Origin: Nitrosomonas sp.
Lineage (GTDB): Bacteria > Pseudomonadota > Gammaproteobacteria > Burkholderiales > Nitrosomonadaceae
Direction: 5' to 3'
DNA length: 32,000 nt
Assembly (NCBI GenBank): GCA_016708955.1
Contig: JADJES010000003.1
Coordinates: 192,720 to 224,719 of the forward strand
A model generated the notes under the pieces. It made no database searches and was not told the origin of the DNA. It was given only the letters and a program-made list of their open reading frames with translations. Below are positions 10,218 to 22,700 of this stretch, one piece after another (the first letter of the stretch is position 1; every line of letters starts with the position of its first letter). The translations under genes and the position numbers were made by a program.

Positions 10218-11520
<1,303 letters not shown>

Positions 11521-11692
11521 TCTAGGCGAGATTACCACTCCTGTCTCGATGGGGCGGGAATGGTAAAGAGATTTAAGTTACTTGCAGTTATGGAAACGAA
11601 TTGTAGTGCGACGGTAACTAGCAACAAAGCAGTATTAGAGGAATCGTCAAGTTTTCATATTTAATATCACACGAAAAAAGAAGGAGGGTCTA

Positions 11693-12517
11693 GTGAGTAG
11701 AACAGACGAAATTATAGCAGCGGCAAAGATGCCGCCAGAAGCAGTCAGGATGTCCAGATATATAGATGCAGTGTATTTTCCAATTCTCTGTATTCTTCTG
11801 GTTGGTACCTTTCACATGCATTTTATGCTACTGGCAGGGGACTGGGATTTTTGGCTTGACTGGAAAGACCGTCAATGGTGGCCTGTTGTAACACCGATTG
11901 TAGGTATCATGTACTGTGCAGCACTGATGTATTACCTGTGGGTAAACTATCGCCTGCCATTTGGCGCGACACTCTGTATCGTATGCCTGTTAGTAGGTGA
12001 ATGGCTGACCCGTTACTGGGGCTTCTACTGGTGGTCACATTACCCAATCAACTTTGTATTGCCATCAACCATGATTCCTGGTGCGCTGATGTTAGATACA
12101 ATTTTGCTGTTGACGGGTAATTGGCTGATTACAGCATTGTTAGGCGGTGGATTCTGGGGATTGTTTTTCTATCCAGGCAACTGGCCGATATTTGGCCCAA
12201 CCCACTTACCAGTGGTTGTAGAAGGTGTATTACTGTCAGTAGCTGACTACACAGGGTTCCTGTATGTACGTACCGGTACACCGGAATATGTACGTTTAAT
12301 TGAACAAGGCTCACTGCGTACGTTCGGTGGACACACCACGGTGATTGCGGCCTTCTTTGGAGCGTTTGTATCCATGCTGATGTTCTGTGTATGGTGGTAC
12401 TTTGGCAAACTGTATTGCACCGCTTTCTACTATGTTAAAGGTGAAAGAGGACGTATCTCTATGAAGAACGACGTAACAGCTTTTGGTGAAAAAGGCTTTG
12501 CACAGGGGATCAAATAA
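11693..12517 (+). CDS. amoA: Ammonia monooxygenase subunit A (274 aa, GTG start)
   Basis: AAGGAGGG RBS upstream of GTG 11693. The translation carries the conserved AmoA core ([31 protein letters not shown]..., [28 protein letters not shown]). Confidence 0.97.
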   Translation: MSRTDEIIAAAKMPPEAVRMSRYIDAVYFPILCILLVGTFHMHFMLLAGDWDFWLDWKDRQWWPVVTPIVGIMYCAALMYYLWVNYRLPFGATLCIVCLLVGEWLTRYWGFYWWSHYPINFVLPSTMIPGALMLDTILLLTGNWLITALLGGGFWGLFFYPGNWPIFGPTHLPVVVEGVLLSVADYTGFLYVRTGTPEYVRLIEQGSLRTFGGHTTVIAAFFGAFVSMLMFCVWWYFGKLYCTAFYYVKGERGRISMKNDVTAFGEKGFAQGIK

Positions 12518-13779
12518 TGAATATAAAAAGCATTTTAAAGCTGGGCGTATTAGGCCTGTATGGAGCTGCGATTGGAGCGGCATCACTGGCGGTGACGCTG
12601 GTAGTAGACGTAGCACCGGCAGCGGCACACGGTGAACGTTCACAAGAACCGTTCTTACGTATGCGTAGTATTCAATGGTACGACTTGAGATGGCAACCAA
12701 AAGTTACCAAAGTCAATGACATTGCTACCATGACAGGAAAGTTTCACTTAGCAGAAGATTGGCCACGTGCAGTAGGTAAGCCAACCCGTGCATTTTTTAA
12801 CGTAGGTAGTCCTAGCCCGGTGTTTGTACGTTTAAGCACCAAGCTGAATGGCGAACCGACCTTCATATCAGGCCCGCTGGAAATTGGACGTGACTATGAA
12901 TTTGAGGTGAAACTGAAAGCAAGGATCCCAGGACGTCATCACATGCACGCGATGGTGAACATCAAGGATGCAGGTCCTATTGCAGGTCCAGCCTCTTGGA
13001 TGAACATCTCAGGAAGTTGGGATGACTTTACCAATCCAATCACCACACTGACAGGTAAAACCATTGATCTGGAGACCTTCAACTTCAGCAATGGTATATT
13101 CTGGCACGTATTATGGTTAAGTTTGGGTTGCATTTGGATTGGCTATTTTGTAGCGAAACCGATGTTCTTGCCACGTAGCCGTGTATTGTTGGCGTATGGT
13201 GACGAACTACTGACATCGCCAACGGACAGGAAGTTTGGACTTGTATTTGCGATCCTGACCTGTGCGATCGTATGGGGAGGCTATCGTTATACAGAAAGCG
13301 TACATCCTTACACAATACCGATCCAAGCTGGTGAATCCAAAGTAGCACCAATGCCGATTGCACCGAACCCAGTTGCAATCAAAGTAACGCATGCTAACTA
13401 TGACGTACCAGGCCGCGCATTACGTGTGACCATGGAAATCACCAACAATGGAGACACTGCGGTCAACATCGGTGAATTCACCACGGCAGGTGTGCGTTTT
13501 GTTAACAAATTGGGACAGCAACACCTGGATCCGGATTATCCAAGAGAACTGGTAGCCACTGGTTTGACCATGGATGACGACAAAGGAATTCAGCCTGGCG
13601 AAACCCGTGAAGTTAATATGGAAGCCAAAGATGCGTTGTGGGAAGTACAACGTTTGATGGCACTGTTGGGTGACCCAGAAAGCCGCTTTGGTGGCTTACT
13701 GATGACTTGGGACCAAGAAGGCAATCGCTATATCAATAGTATTGCTGGCGCAGTTATCCCAGTCTTTACCAAACTATAA
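12517..13779 (+). CDS. amoB: Ammonia monooxygenase subunit B (420 aa)
   Basis: The start ATG overlaps the amoA stop by 1 nt (TAATG at 12515-12519). The protein has a signal peptide, then [19 protein letters not shown] and the cupredoxin-like domains typical of AmoB. Confidence 0.97.
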   Translation: MNIKSILKLGVLGLYGAAIGAASLAVTLVVDVAPAAAHGERSQEPFLRMRSIQWYDLRWQPKVTKVNDIATMTGKFHLAEDWPRAVGKPTRAFFNVGSPSPVFVRLSTKLNGEPTFISGPLEIGRDYEFEVKLKARIPGRHHMHAMVNIKDAGPIAGPASWMNISGSWDDFTNPITTLTGKTIDLETFNFSNGIFWHVLWLSLGCIWIGYFVAKPMFLPRSRVLLAYGDELLTSPTDRKFGLVFAILTCAIVWGGYRYTESVHPYTIPIQAGESKVAPMPIAPNPVAIKVTHANYDVPGRALRVTMEITNNGDTAVNIGEFTTAGVRFVNKLGQQHLDPDYPRELVATGLTMDDDKGIQPGETREVNMEAKDALWEVQRLMALLGDPESRFGGLLMTWDQEGNRYINSIAGAVIPVFTKL

Positions 13780-13797
13780 GTTAAGTAAAGCATCAAC

Positions 13798-13844
13798 ACC
13801 GGTACACCACTGTCGAAAGACAGCCGGTGTACCGGTTTTTTATT
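13798..13844 (+). terminator. Rho-independent terminator after amoB
   Basis: ACCGGTACACC (13798-13808) pairs perfectly with GGTGTACCGGT (13826-13836). The stem extends inward through CTGTC/GACAG and is followed by a T6 run at 13836-13841. Confidence 0.85.
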
Positions 13845-13942
13845 AGTAGGAAACAAAGTAAAATTCAGGGTACTACAAAGAGAATGCGGACAATAGAAGA
13901 ACAGGAAAAATTAGAGGCGCTTACCCAAGAGGAGGATTTGTC

Positions 13943-14527
13943 GTGACCAGACAAATAACACAAGCAGGGATTGCAGTCTTTATACTTGTTATGGCACTTT
14001 ACACAAGCACAGCTAGCGCGCATGGCAAAGTAGCCATGGAAGACGACAGCTGTATGCGCCGGATCGGCGAGAACATGATTCACCTCAGCACCTACCAGCC
14101 ACAGGTAAATGAGAGTGGTCATTATTGCACAGACATACCCAAAGCTGGCAGCACTGTACTCGTTATAGATTTAGTAGATCCTGCCTTGCGTGATATGCCA
14201 ATTGGCGTGAAGGTAATCAAAGGCAGCAATGCGAGTGAAGGAGAAACCATCACCAACACACGCCCTGCGTTGTATCAAGATGGTGTCATCAGCATGAGCA
14301 GTGCACTGGACCAAGGGAAATATCTCGTGCAGGTCACAGCAGAAGGAGTGCCGCCACTGCACTATGAGTATCATATGCGAGTGGAAATGATTAATTACGC
14401 AGATGTATTTAGAGCAAGCATAGGGCCAGTAGTCGGCTTATTGCTGACAACAATACTCGGGTATAAGCTCATCAGATCAAGGCGTTTTAGAGACTGGCTA
14501 GCCTCGCGTCGTGCACAGAAAGACTGA
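13943..14527 (+). CDS. amoE: AmoE (orf4) - membrane-anchored periplasmic protein of the amo cluster (194 aa, GTG start)
   Basis: GAGGAGGA RBS 6 nt upstream of the start. It has a signal peptide ending ASAHG and a single C-terminal TM helix. It is a paralogue of the next ORF, and its position directly after amoB matches the known amoCABED order. Confidence 0.8.
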   Translation: MTRQITQAGIAVFILVMALYTSTASAHGKVAMEDDSCMRRIGENMIHLSTYQPQVNESGHYCTDIPKAGSTVLVIDLVDPALRDMPIGVKVIKGSNASEGETITNTRPALYQDGVISMSSALDQGKYLVQVTAEGVPPLHYEYHMRVEMINYADVFRASIGPVVGLLLTTILGYKLIRSRRFRDWLASRRAQKD

Positions 14528-14593
14528 GAACACGATGACAATTAATAAAAGGGTCATCATAAACTAACCATTTATCGACAGGGAAGACAAACA

Positions 14594-15175
14594 ATGTCAG
14601 AAAGATTAATAGATATAAAGCAAGCAATATTAGTAGGATTATTTGCAGCAAGCATGCTGCTAACAGCGCAGGTACAAGCACATGGTGGCCTGGCTTTGGC
14701 GGAAGATATGTGTGTATTGACAGTAGGACCTTACAGGATGCACTTTACGGGCTATCAACCACTATCACAAGAAGAAGAATTCTGTGAAGACATACCGGAA
14801 GTTGGGAAAACGGTGATAGCACTGGACTATATTCAAGAAGAATTGCGCCCGCTAAAAACGGAAGTTCGAATTATTCGTGACACAGGATCAGAAGAAAATC
14901 TGGACGCGATAACAGTATTTCATTTACCACCGAAGGTATATCCAACAGCATCAATTACTATAGACCATACTTTCCCGGAAAAAGGTAAATTTGTCGGATT
15001 GGTGACAGTAACAGGTGGTGCGCAAGATTATGTATCACGCTTTCCGTTCTCAGTAGGAGAAGGTCGTCCAACACCTAAATCGGCAATAATTGCGCCTATT
15101 GTACTGGTGCTTGCAATTGGCGTTTTCTTCTATATGCGAAGCAAACGCAAATCAGATAATCAAGCTGCAGCTTAA
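14594..15175 (+). CDS. amoD: AmoD (orf5) - paralogue of AmoE (193 aa)
   Basis: It has the same architecture as 13943-14527: signal peptide ending QAHG, shared conserved residues in AEDMCVLTVGPYRMHFTGYQP vs MEDDSCMRRIGENMIHLSTYQP, and a C-terminal TM helix. Confidence 0.8.
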   Translation: MSERLIDIKQAILVGLFAASMLLTAQVQAHGGLALAEDMCVLTVGPYRMHFTGYQPLSQEEEFCEDIPEVGKTVIALDYIQEELRPLKTEVRIIRDTGSEENLDAITVFHLPPKVYPTASITIDHTFPEKGKFVGLVTVTGGAQDYVSRFPFSVGEGRPTPKSAIIAPIVLVLAIGVFFYMRSKRKSDNQAAA

Positions 15176-15193
15176 CAAAGAATATTCCAAACT

Positions 15194-15230
15194 ATGGACA
15201 CAACGAAGCGTGATTGTTGTGTCCATTTCG
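15194..15230. terminator. Hairpin between convergent amoD and dedA (probable terminator)
   Basis: ATGGACACAAC (15194-15204) pairs perfectly with GTTGTGTCCAT (15216-15226) around an 11-nt loop. Only a short TT(T)C tract follows. Confidence 0.5.
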
Positions 15231-15269
15231 TAAATAAATCAATTCAGTAGACAATGCTGTATTAGGAGT

Positions 15270-15872
15270 TTAGCGACTCGAGCGTCGGTGATAATTCCAA
15301 TAGAGTGCAATACCTATCGTGCAACTGACGACTAATGCAATGACGATATCACGTAAATACTCCTTAATCAGCATTTCGTTTTCACCAATAAAGTAACCTA
15401 GCAGTGTCAAAATAATTACCCAGATTCCAGCGCCAAGACCTGTATAGAAGCAAAAAATAGGCAGATTCATTCTTGCCAGGCCAGCGGGTATGGAGATGTA
15501 TTGCCGAATCATAGGGATTAATCGGCCAGTGAATGTGGAAATATGACCATGGCGTGCAAAGAAATCCTCCATTTGCTGTAGGTTGTGTTCTTTGAACATC
15601 ACATATTTACCGTAACGTATCAGAAGTGGGCGGCCCAATTTAATCGCCAAATAGTAGTTGACTAGCGCGCCCAGTAAGCTTCCTAAGATACCGCATAGTA
15701 TTACGGCTATCATATTCATTTCACCTTTTGAAGCCAAATAACCCGCGGGAATCATAATAATTTCACTGGGGAAAGGTATAAAGCTTGATTCAACCAGCAT
15801 AAGCAGGAAAATTCCCGGGTACCCCAAACTACCGACCGTGTTGACAATCCAGTTGATAATTTCTGTTAACAA
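15270..15872 (-). CDS. DedA family inner-membrane protein (200 aa, TTG start)
   Basis: The translation has the DedA/SNARE-associated motifs ([49 protein letters not shown]). Confidence 0.85.
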   Translation of the reverse strand: MLTEIINWIVNTVGSLGYPGIFLLMLVESSFIPFPSEIIMIPAGYLASKGEMNMIAVILCGILGSLLGALVNYYLAIKLGRPLLIRYGKYVMFKEHNLQQMEDFFARHGHISTFTGRLIPMIRQYISIPAGLARMNLPIFCFYTGLGAGIWVIILTLLGYFIGENEMLIKEYLRDIVIALVVSCTIGIALYWNYHRRSSR

Positions 15873-15926
15873 GAGCCTGCCTCACCTTGATTTGATAAAA
15901 AATAGATATTTAGTTGTCAGAAACTT

Positions 15927-16865
15927 TTATACCACTGCGCCATCATTTTCTAGCGGTTTCTTCTCTAACTTAACGAGATCTTCGCGCTTAACGCCTAGAA
16001 GCATAATAATGGAGCTGCCTACCATTATTGAAGAATAGATTCCAAATAGAATGCCGATTGTTAATGCCAGTGAGAAATAGTAAAGCACTTCACCCCCAAA
16101 CAAAAGCATTGCGATAACTACCATCTGAGTGCTGCCATGCGTAATGATTGTGCGTGACATAGTTTGTGTAATGGCATTATCGATCACTTGTGTAATAGAT
16201 GCTCTACGGTGTTTTCTAAAATTTTCTCGAATGCGATCAAAAATGACCACGGACTCATTGACAGAATAACCTAATATGGCCAATACAGCAGCCAATACGG
16301 TAAGTGAGAATTCCCACTGAAAGAATGCAAAACAACCGACGATGATAACGACATCATGCAAGTTAGCGATAATGCCTGCTATACCAAACTTCCATTCAAA
16401 TCGCACAGCCAAATAGGCAACTATGCCTAATGAAACAAATAGTAAGGCCAGCGCACCATTTTCTAATAATTCTGCACCAACTTGCGGGCCTACAAATTCG
16501 ACACGTCTCATTTCTACAGAGGAATCAGCTTGCTTGAGAGCATTCAATACGATTTCAGACAATTGTGCGGTAGAAACTTCAGGTTTAATGGGCAAACGTA
16601 TGAGAACCTCACGGGAAGACCCGAAGTTTTGTACGCTGGCATCAGACATCTCAAGATCAACAAGGATACTTCTGATTTTTCCGAGATCAGCTGTCTGGCT
16701 ATAGCTAACTTCTAGAACCGTACCGCCCGTAAAATCGACGCCAAGATTTAATCCTTTTGTGGCAATGAAGAAAACAGAAAGAATAAATGTTATCAATGAA
16801 ATAACAGCCCCTTGTCGTCTCCAGCTCATGAAGGGGATGTCACGATTAAATCTAAAAAATTCCAT
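15927..16865 (-). CDS. secF: Protein translocase subunit SecF (312 aa)
   Basis: Typical SecF sequence (GLNLGVDFTGGT..., HDVVIIVGCFAFFQWEF, VNESVVIFDRIRENF), downstream of secD. Confidence 0.93.
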   Translation of the reverse strand: MEFFRFNRDIPFMSWRRQGAVISLITFILSVFFIATKGLNLGVDFTGGTVLEVSYSQTADLGKIRSILVDLEMSDASVQNFGSSREVLIRLPIKPEVSTAQLSEIVLNALKQADSSVEMRRVEFVGPQVGAELLENGALALLFVSLGIVAYLAVRFEWKFGIAGIIANLHDVVIIVGCFAFFQWEFSLTVLAAVLAILGYSVNESVVIFDRIRENFRKHRRASITQVIDNAITQTMSRTIITHGSTQMVVIAMLLFGGEVLYYFSLALTIGILFGIYSSIMVGSSIIMLLGVKREDLVKLEKKPLENDGAVV

Positions 16866-16886
16866 ATTTAATTCCTCATAAACCAG

Positions 16887-18971
16887 CTATTGTTGTTTAG
16901 GTTGCTTGACATCAGATTTTTTACGCTTACTTTTGGTTTTAGTAATAGCTTTTTCATCTGGTCTAATTTTTGCATCGTCAACAATGTTATTGGTTTCGGC
17001 TATCTTTTCTACTGGACTGATCGCTTCAGATTGAATATTTACTTTCTTCTGCTCGTTGATTCTTACCTTGCCGCTGGCAGTTGTATCCTCATTAGCTTCA
17101 ACTTCTTCGTGAGAAATGGCTTTGTCGCTGGCCAGACGGTGCTTGGGTATCCAGATTTTTCCGATGGGAATGTGATCCAGTCGGCGCCGGCTTCCGTACA
17201 TCAGATTTACCATACCTCTTGATACAAAGGTTGCAGTAAATACAGAAGTTAAGATACCTAAGCAAAGTACTACCGCAAAACCTTTAACTGGTCCCGAGCC
17301 AAAAGCAAATAAAGCAATACCAGCGATTAAGGTCGTAATATTAGAATCTAAGATCGTGCCAAACGCACGTTCATATCCGGCATGGATCGCGAGTTGCGGA
17401 GAAACACCAGCACGTAACTCATCCCGAATACGTTCATTAATTAGGATATTCGCATCGATAGCCATGCCCACAGTCAACGCCAGCGCAGCCATCCCGGGTA
17501 ATGTCAGTGTGGCTTGCATGATGGATAATAAGCCTACCAATAGCAGCAAATTAAAACTAAGTGCTATTACTGAAATTACACCAAATGCTGTGTAATAGAT
17601 CATGATGAAGATGGCAACAGCAAAGAATCCATAAAGTGTCGAATTGAACCCTCGAGCAATATTATCAGCACCCAAGCTTGGACCAACTGTACGTTCTTCA
17701 ATAATATCCATCGGTGCGGCCAATGCACCTGCACGCAGTAACAATGCAACATCGCGAGCTTCCATACTGGTCATACGCCCGCTGATTTGGACACGCCCGC
17801 CGCCGATTTCTTCACGTATAACTGGTGCTGTGACTACTTCAGTTTGATTTTTCTCAATTAAAAGTATTGCCATTCTTCTACCAACGTTTTCACGCGTTAA
17901 CTGCTTGAAAATACGCGAACCATTGCTATCCAAATTAATATGCACCGCCGGTTGATTATCTTTATCAAAGCCGGGCTGTGCATCGGTAATGCGCTCACCT
18001 GTGAGTAACACCTGTTTCTTGACGAGTATCGGACTACCGCCGCGTTCCTCATAAAGCTCCGTCCCAAATGGAACTTTTCCACGTATGGCAGCGTCGAGAT
18101 CATGTTCGTCATCGACCATACGAATTTCCAGTGTGGCTGTTCGTCCCAGAATATCTTTTGCCTTGGCTGTATCCTGAACGCCCGGTAATTGAACAATGAC
18201 ACGATCCGCTCCAGCTTTCTGAATGATCGGTTCAGCAACACCCAGTTCATTAACTCGATTACGCAGTGTAGTAATATTCTGCATTACGGCTGAATCTTGC
18301 ATGCGCACTTGAGCTTCGGGTTTGATCGCAGCAATGAGGTGATATCTGTTATCGGCTTCCTTTTCAATTAAACCGAGATCAGGGTAATTCGATTTTAATT
18401 CAGCTTCTGCCTTTGCGCGTGCTTCGGTATCACGAAACTTCAAGATGAGTTTTTTATCTTGTTTCTCAAGTCCGGTATATGGGATTCTATTCTCACGTAA
18501 TGTGCTGCGAATATCGGCGCTGTAACGATCCAGTGATTTCTCGAGTGCGCCCTCCATATCAACTTCAAGCATAAAATGCACGCCGCCACGCAAGTCAAGC
18601 CCAAGATACATTGGTAAAGCGCCAAGATTGGTTAACCATTGGGGGGAGTTGGGTAGTAGATTCAGTGCAACAATGTATTCTTTGCCGAGCGTTGATTCCA
18701 AAAGGTCTTTCGCTTTGATTTGTATGTCAGTATCAGTGAAACGTGCTTTGATACTGCCTTCTTCAAGAAAAATTCCAACGGTTTCAATACTGGCTTTTTT
18801 TAATGCGTCTTCGACTCGTTGCAGCAAGGCTGTATCAACATTTGCTGAAACCCGTAACGATGAAATCTGTACTGCGGGAGATTCACCGTAAAAATTAGGT
18901 AATGTGTAAAGCAGTCCGAGTAGAAGCGAAACCGCAATAATCAGATATTTCCAAAGTGCGTAGCGGTTCAT
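16887..18971 (-). CDS. secD: Protein translocase subunit SecD with a ~80-aa K/E-rich C-terminal extension (694 aa)
   Basis: The SecD core is present (LGLDLRGGVHF, TVGPSLGADNI, GMAIDANILINERIRDE). After the last TM helix the ORF continues with a charged low-complexity tail (...EANEDTTASGKVRINEQKK...TKTKSKRKKSDVKQPKQQ). Confidence 0.93.
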   Translation of the reverse strand: MNRYALWKYLIIAVSLLLGLLYTLPNFYGESPAVQISSLRVSANVDTALLQRVEDALKKASIETVGIFLEEGSIKARFTDTDIQIKAKDLLESTLGKEYIVALNLLPNSPQWLTNLGALPMYLGLDLRGGVHFMLEVDMEGALEKSLDRYSADIRSTLRENRIPYTGLEKQDKKLILKFRDTEARAKAEAELKSNYPDLGLIEKEADNRYHLIAAIKPEAQVRMQDSAVMQNITTLRNRVNELGVAEPIIQKAGADRVIVQLPGVQDTAKAKDILGRTATLEIRMVDDEHDLDAAIRGKVPFGTELYEERGGSPILVKKQVLLTGERITDAQPGFDKDNQPAVHINLDSNGSRIFKQLTRENVGRRMAILLIEKNQTEVVTAPVIREEIGGGRVQISGRMTSMEARDVALLLRAGALAAPMDIIEERTVGPSLGADNIARGFNSTLYGFFAVAIFIMIYYTAFGVISVIALSFNLLLLVGLLSIMQATLTLPGMAALALTVGMAIDANILINERIRDELRAGVSPQLAIHAGYERAFGTILDSNITTLIAGIALFAFGSGPVKGFAVVLCLGILTSVFTATFVSRGMVNLMYGSRRRLDHIPIGKIWIPKHRLASDKAISHEEVEANEDTTASGKVRINEQKKVNIQSEAISPVEKIAETNNIVDDAKIRPDEKAITKTKSKRKKSDVKQPKQQ

Positions 18972-19059
18972 GGGTATCAGTTAAGTATCAAATAATAAAA
19001 GGTAAAAAGACATGTAACGGCAGGTACTAAATAATAATTCCCTATGTTACTGTGCGTGA

Positions 19060-19518
19060 TTATTTCTTTTCTGTATTTTTTTCAGCTTCATTATCGTTGT
19101 TATCTGAAGTTTCGATGGTATCTTCAACTTTCTTGGTTTCCGGTGCAGCAGTTGTTTTTATTGTTTTGTTTTTTTGTATTTTGCCTTTGGGTTCAATACT
19201 TTTCAGTGTTCCCTTGGGTAGTAAGGTTTGCACCGAAGATTTAAGCACAGTGACCTCTATGGTAGGAGCAACTTCGATGACCACATAGTTTTCACTGACA
19301 TTAATGATCTGGCCTAATATACCGCCGTTAGTGATGACTTCATCACCTCTTTGCAATGCTTCCACCATCTGTTTTTGTTCTTTTGCACGTTTGGCCTGGG
19401 GGCGGATCAGCAGTAAATAAAAAATGATAAGTATACCGAACATCGGTAACAGGCTCAGCCAGTCTGCGCCAGCTTGCGTTGACGAAGCAGCTTGGGCAAA
19501 TGCGTCATTTATCAGCAT
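19060..19518 (-). CDS. yajC: Preprotein translocase subunit YajC with a charged C-terminal tail (152 aa)
   Basis: The YajC core is present (LLPMFGILIIFYLLLIRPQAKRAKEQKQM...GDEVITNGGILGQI). ATG 19518 is preferred because AAGGGAGAA lies 5 nt upstream. The ORF-track start at 19548 adds 10 aa with no RBS. Confidence 0.85.
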   Translation of the reverse strand: MLINDAFAQAASSTQAGADWLSLLPMFGILIIFYLLLIRPQAKRAKEQKQMVEALQRGDEVITNGGILGQIINVSENYVVIEVAPTIEVTVLKSSVQTLLPKGTLKSIEPKGKIQKNKTIKTTAAPETKKVEDTIETSDNNDNEAEKNTEKK

Positions 19519-19565
19519 AAAATTCTCCCTTTTATTAAAAGGGTACATATTAGCATGATGACCGC

Positions 19566-21682
<2,117 letters not shown>

Positions 21683-21792
21683 GTCACCTATTATACTGGT
21701 GCAACATGATTTCCGCCCATGCAGCTTGCTGTGCTGCAGGTTTTCAGTGATAATTGCGCCTTCTGTTGGTTCAAATGTAAACAGACAGTCTA

Positions 21793-21879
21793 GCCGGGAT
21801 GGCGGAATTGGTAGACGCACGGGACTCAAAATCCCGCGAAGGCGACTTCATGGGGGTTCGATTCCCCCTCCCGGCACCA
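21793..21879 (+). tRNA. tRNA-Leu (anticodon CAA), 87 nt including encoded CCA
   Basis: Cloverleaf folded by hand: acceptor GCCGGGA/TCCCGGC, D arm GCG-GAATTGGTAGA-CGC, anticodon stem CGGGA/TCCCG with loop CTCAAAA, long variable arm, T arm GGGGG-TTCGATT-CCCCC, discriminator A and CCA. Confidence 0.92.
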
Positions 21880-21967
21880 AATTAATGATTTTATAACAAT
21901 AAAATCAGTATCTTGAAAATCTTATAAATCTAAAAAATCATTGGGTGCATTAGAAAAGTGCATACTA

Positions 21968-22159
21968 ATGACATCAAGAACCCCCTCATATATTACAAAG
22001 AATCGTCTTGGGATATATTATTCCCAATACTGTTTGCCAAACATTTTTTTTAAAAATGATGGAGAATCAGTTAAACGAATATTTCGCAAATCTTTACATA
22101 CTCGAAACAGACGAGAAGCACTAAAACAATCTAGAGTTTTGTGGTTAATTATGGATTAA
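21968..22159 (+). pseudogene. N-terminal stub (~63 aa) of a tyrosine-recombinase/phage-type integrase
   Basis: It starts 89 bp after the tRNA-Leu 3' end. The translation (PSYITKNRLGIYYSQYCLPNIF...RIFRKSLHTRNRREALKQSRVL) follows the pattern of integrase N-terminal arm domains (R.G.YY.R..P......SL.T.d..eA). The ORF stops after ~63 aa and no catalytic domain follows. Confidence 0.45.
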
Positions 22160-22189
22160 GTAGGCTGCAAAAAGAAATGAGCCAATTAC

Positions 22190-22520
22190 TCACAGGGAAC
22201 ATAAAAAAGCTATCGGGATGATTGGTTAATTTTTTTTAAAATAACTATCAGTTAACGAATAGACGAATAGTTCATCTATCATCTTATTTAACATAAGATT
22301 TTTTCTATTATCCACAATTTCTGTGGATAACTTTGTGGGTAATCATTCGACCTGAGCAGCTAACTCACATATTTCTAAGGGTTTTCCTTGGATTGCTTAA
22401 TTATCTGACACTTTCATTACATGTGATTTATCATATGGTTATAATTTATTTGCTATATTGAAATGGAGCAGTATAAATTAATTTCTTTATCGTTTCCAAA
22501 CTGTGGATGATTTAGAAAGT
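22190..22520 (+). repeat. DnaA-box/promoter module, copy A
   Basis: Box1 TTATCCACA 22308-22316, N5, box2 TGTGGATAA 22322-22330, CTT, box3 TGTGGGTAA 22334-22342, and box4 TGTGGATGA 22502-22510. The core 22300-22515 aligns with copies B and C, and weaker similarity to B extends upstream to ~22190. Confidence 0.85.
22405..22434 (+). promoter_or_regulatory. Candidate sigma70-type promoter inside repeat copy A
   Basis: -35 CTGACA (22405-22410), 18-nt spacer, -10 TATCAT (22429-22434). The same hexamer positions and spacer length are conserved in copies B and C. It points toward the TPR gene, whose start is 267 nt downstream. Confidence 0.35.
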
Positions 22521-22700
22521 CAAGCAAGAATTATGAAACTGATTGTGACAGTTTGTGTGAAAGGTAGGTACTTCCCGAGTTTTGATTGAGGTGGGTGATT
22601 AAAACCTCATCAAAATTCTAGCGTAGCGAAAAATAAAAGTGGTAAACATTTTTTATCGCATATATTAGCTCAACATTAAGATCAAATAGCCGAGGTCAAA

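Noticed and set aside
12311-12700. A 129-aa minus-strand ORF spanning the amoA/amoB junction. Similar long antisense ORFs occur at 3539-4063, 7061-7603, 2320-2676, 17897-18250, 20362-20715 and 29085-29510.
   Set aside because: All lie antisense to strongly supported conserved genes. They have unusual Arg/Ser/Cys-rich composition and lack RBSs, which is typical of shadow ORFs.
21683-21829. The ORF-track version of queA extends 49 codons further upstream (start at 21829).
   Set aside because: The extension has no QueA similarity. The canonical QueA N-terminus MKTQDFDYYLP begins at 21682. The extension also overlaps the tRNA-Leu gene (21793-21879) on the opposite strand.
22481-22510. A short ORF inside repeat copy A (MEQYKLISLSFPNCG, ending at box4) as a conserved leader peptide.
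   Set aside because: The reading frame is not conserved in copies B or C, so the repeat is treated as non-coding.
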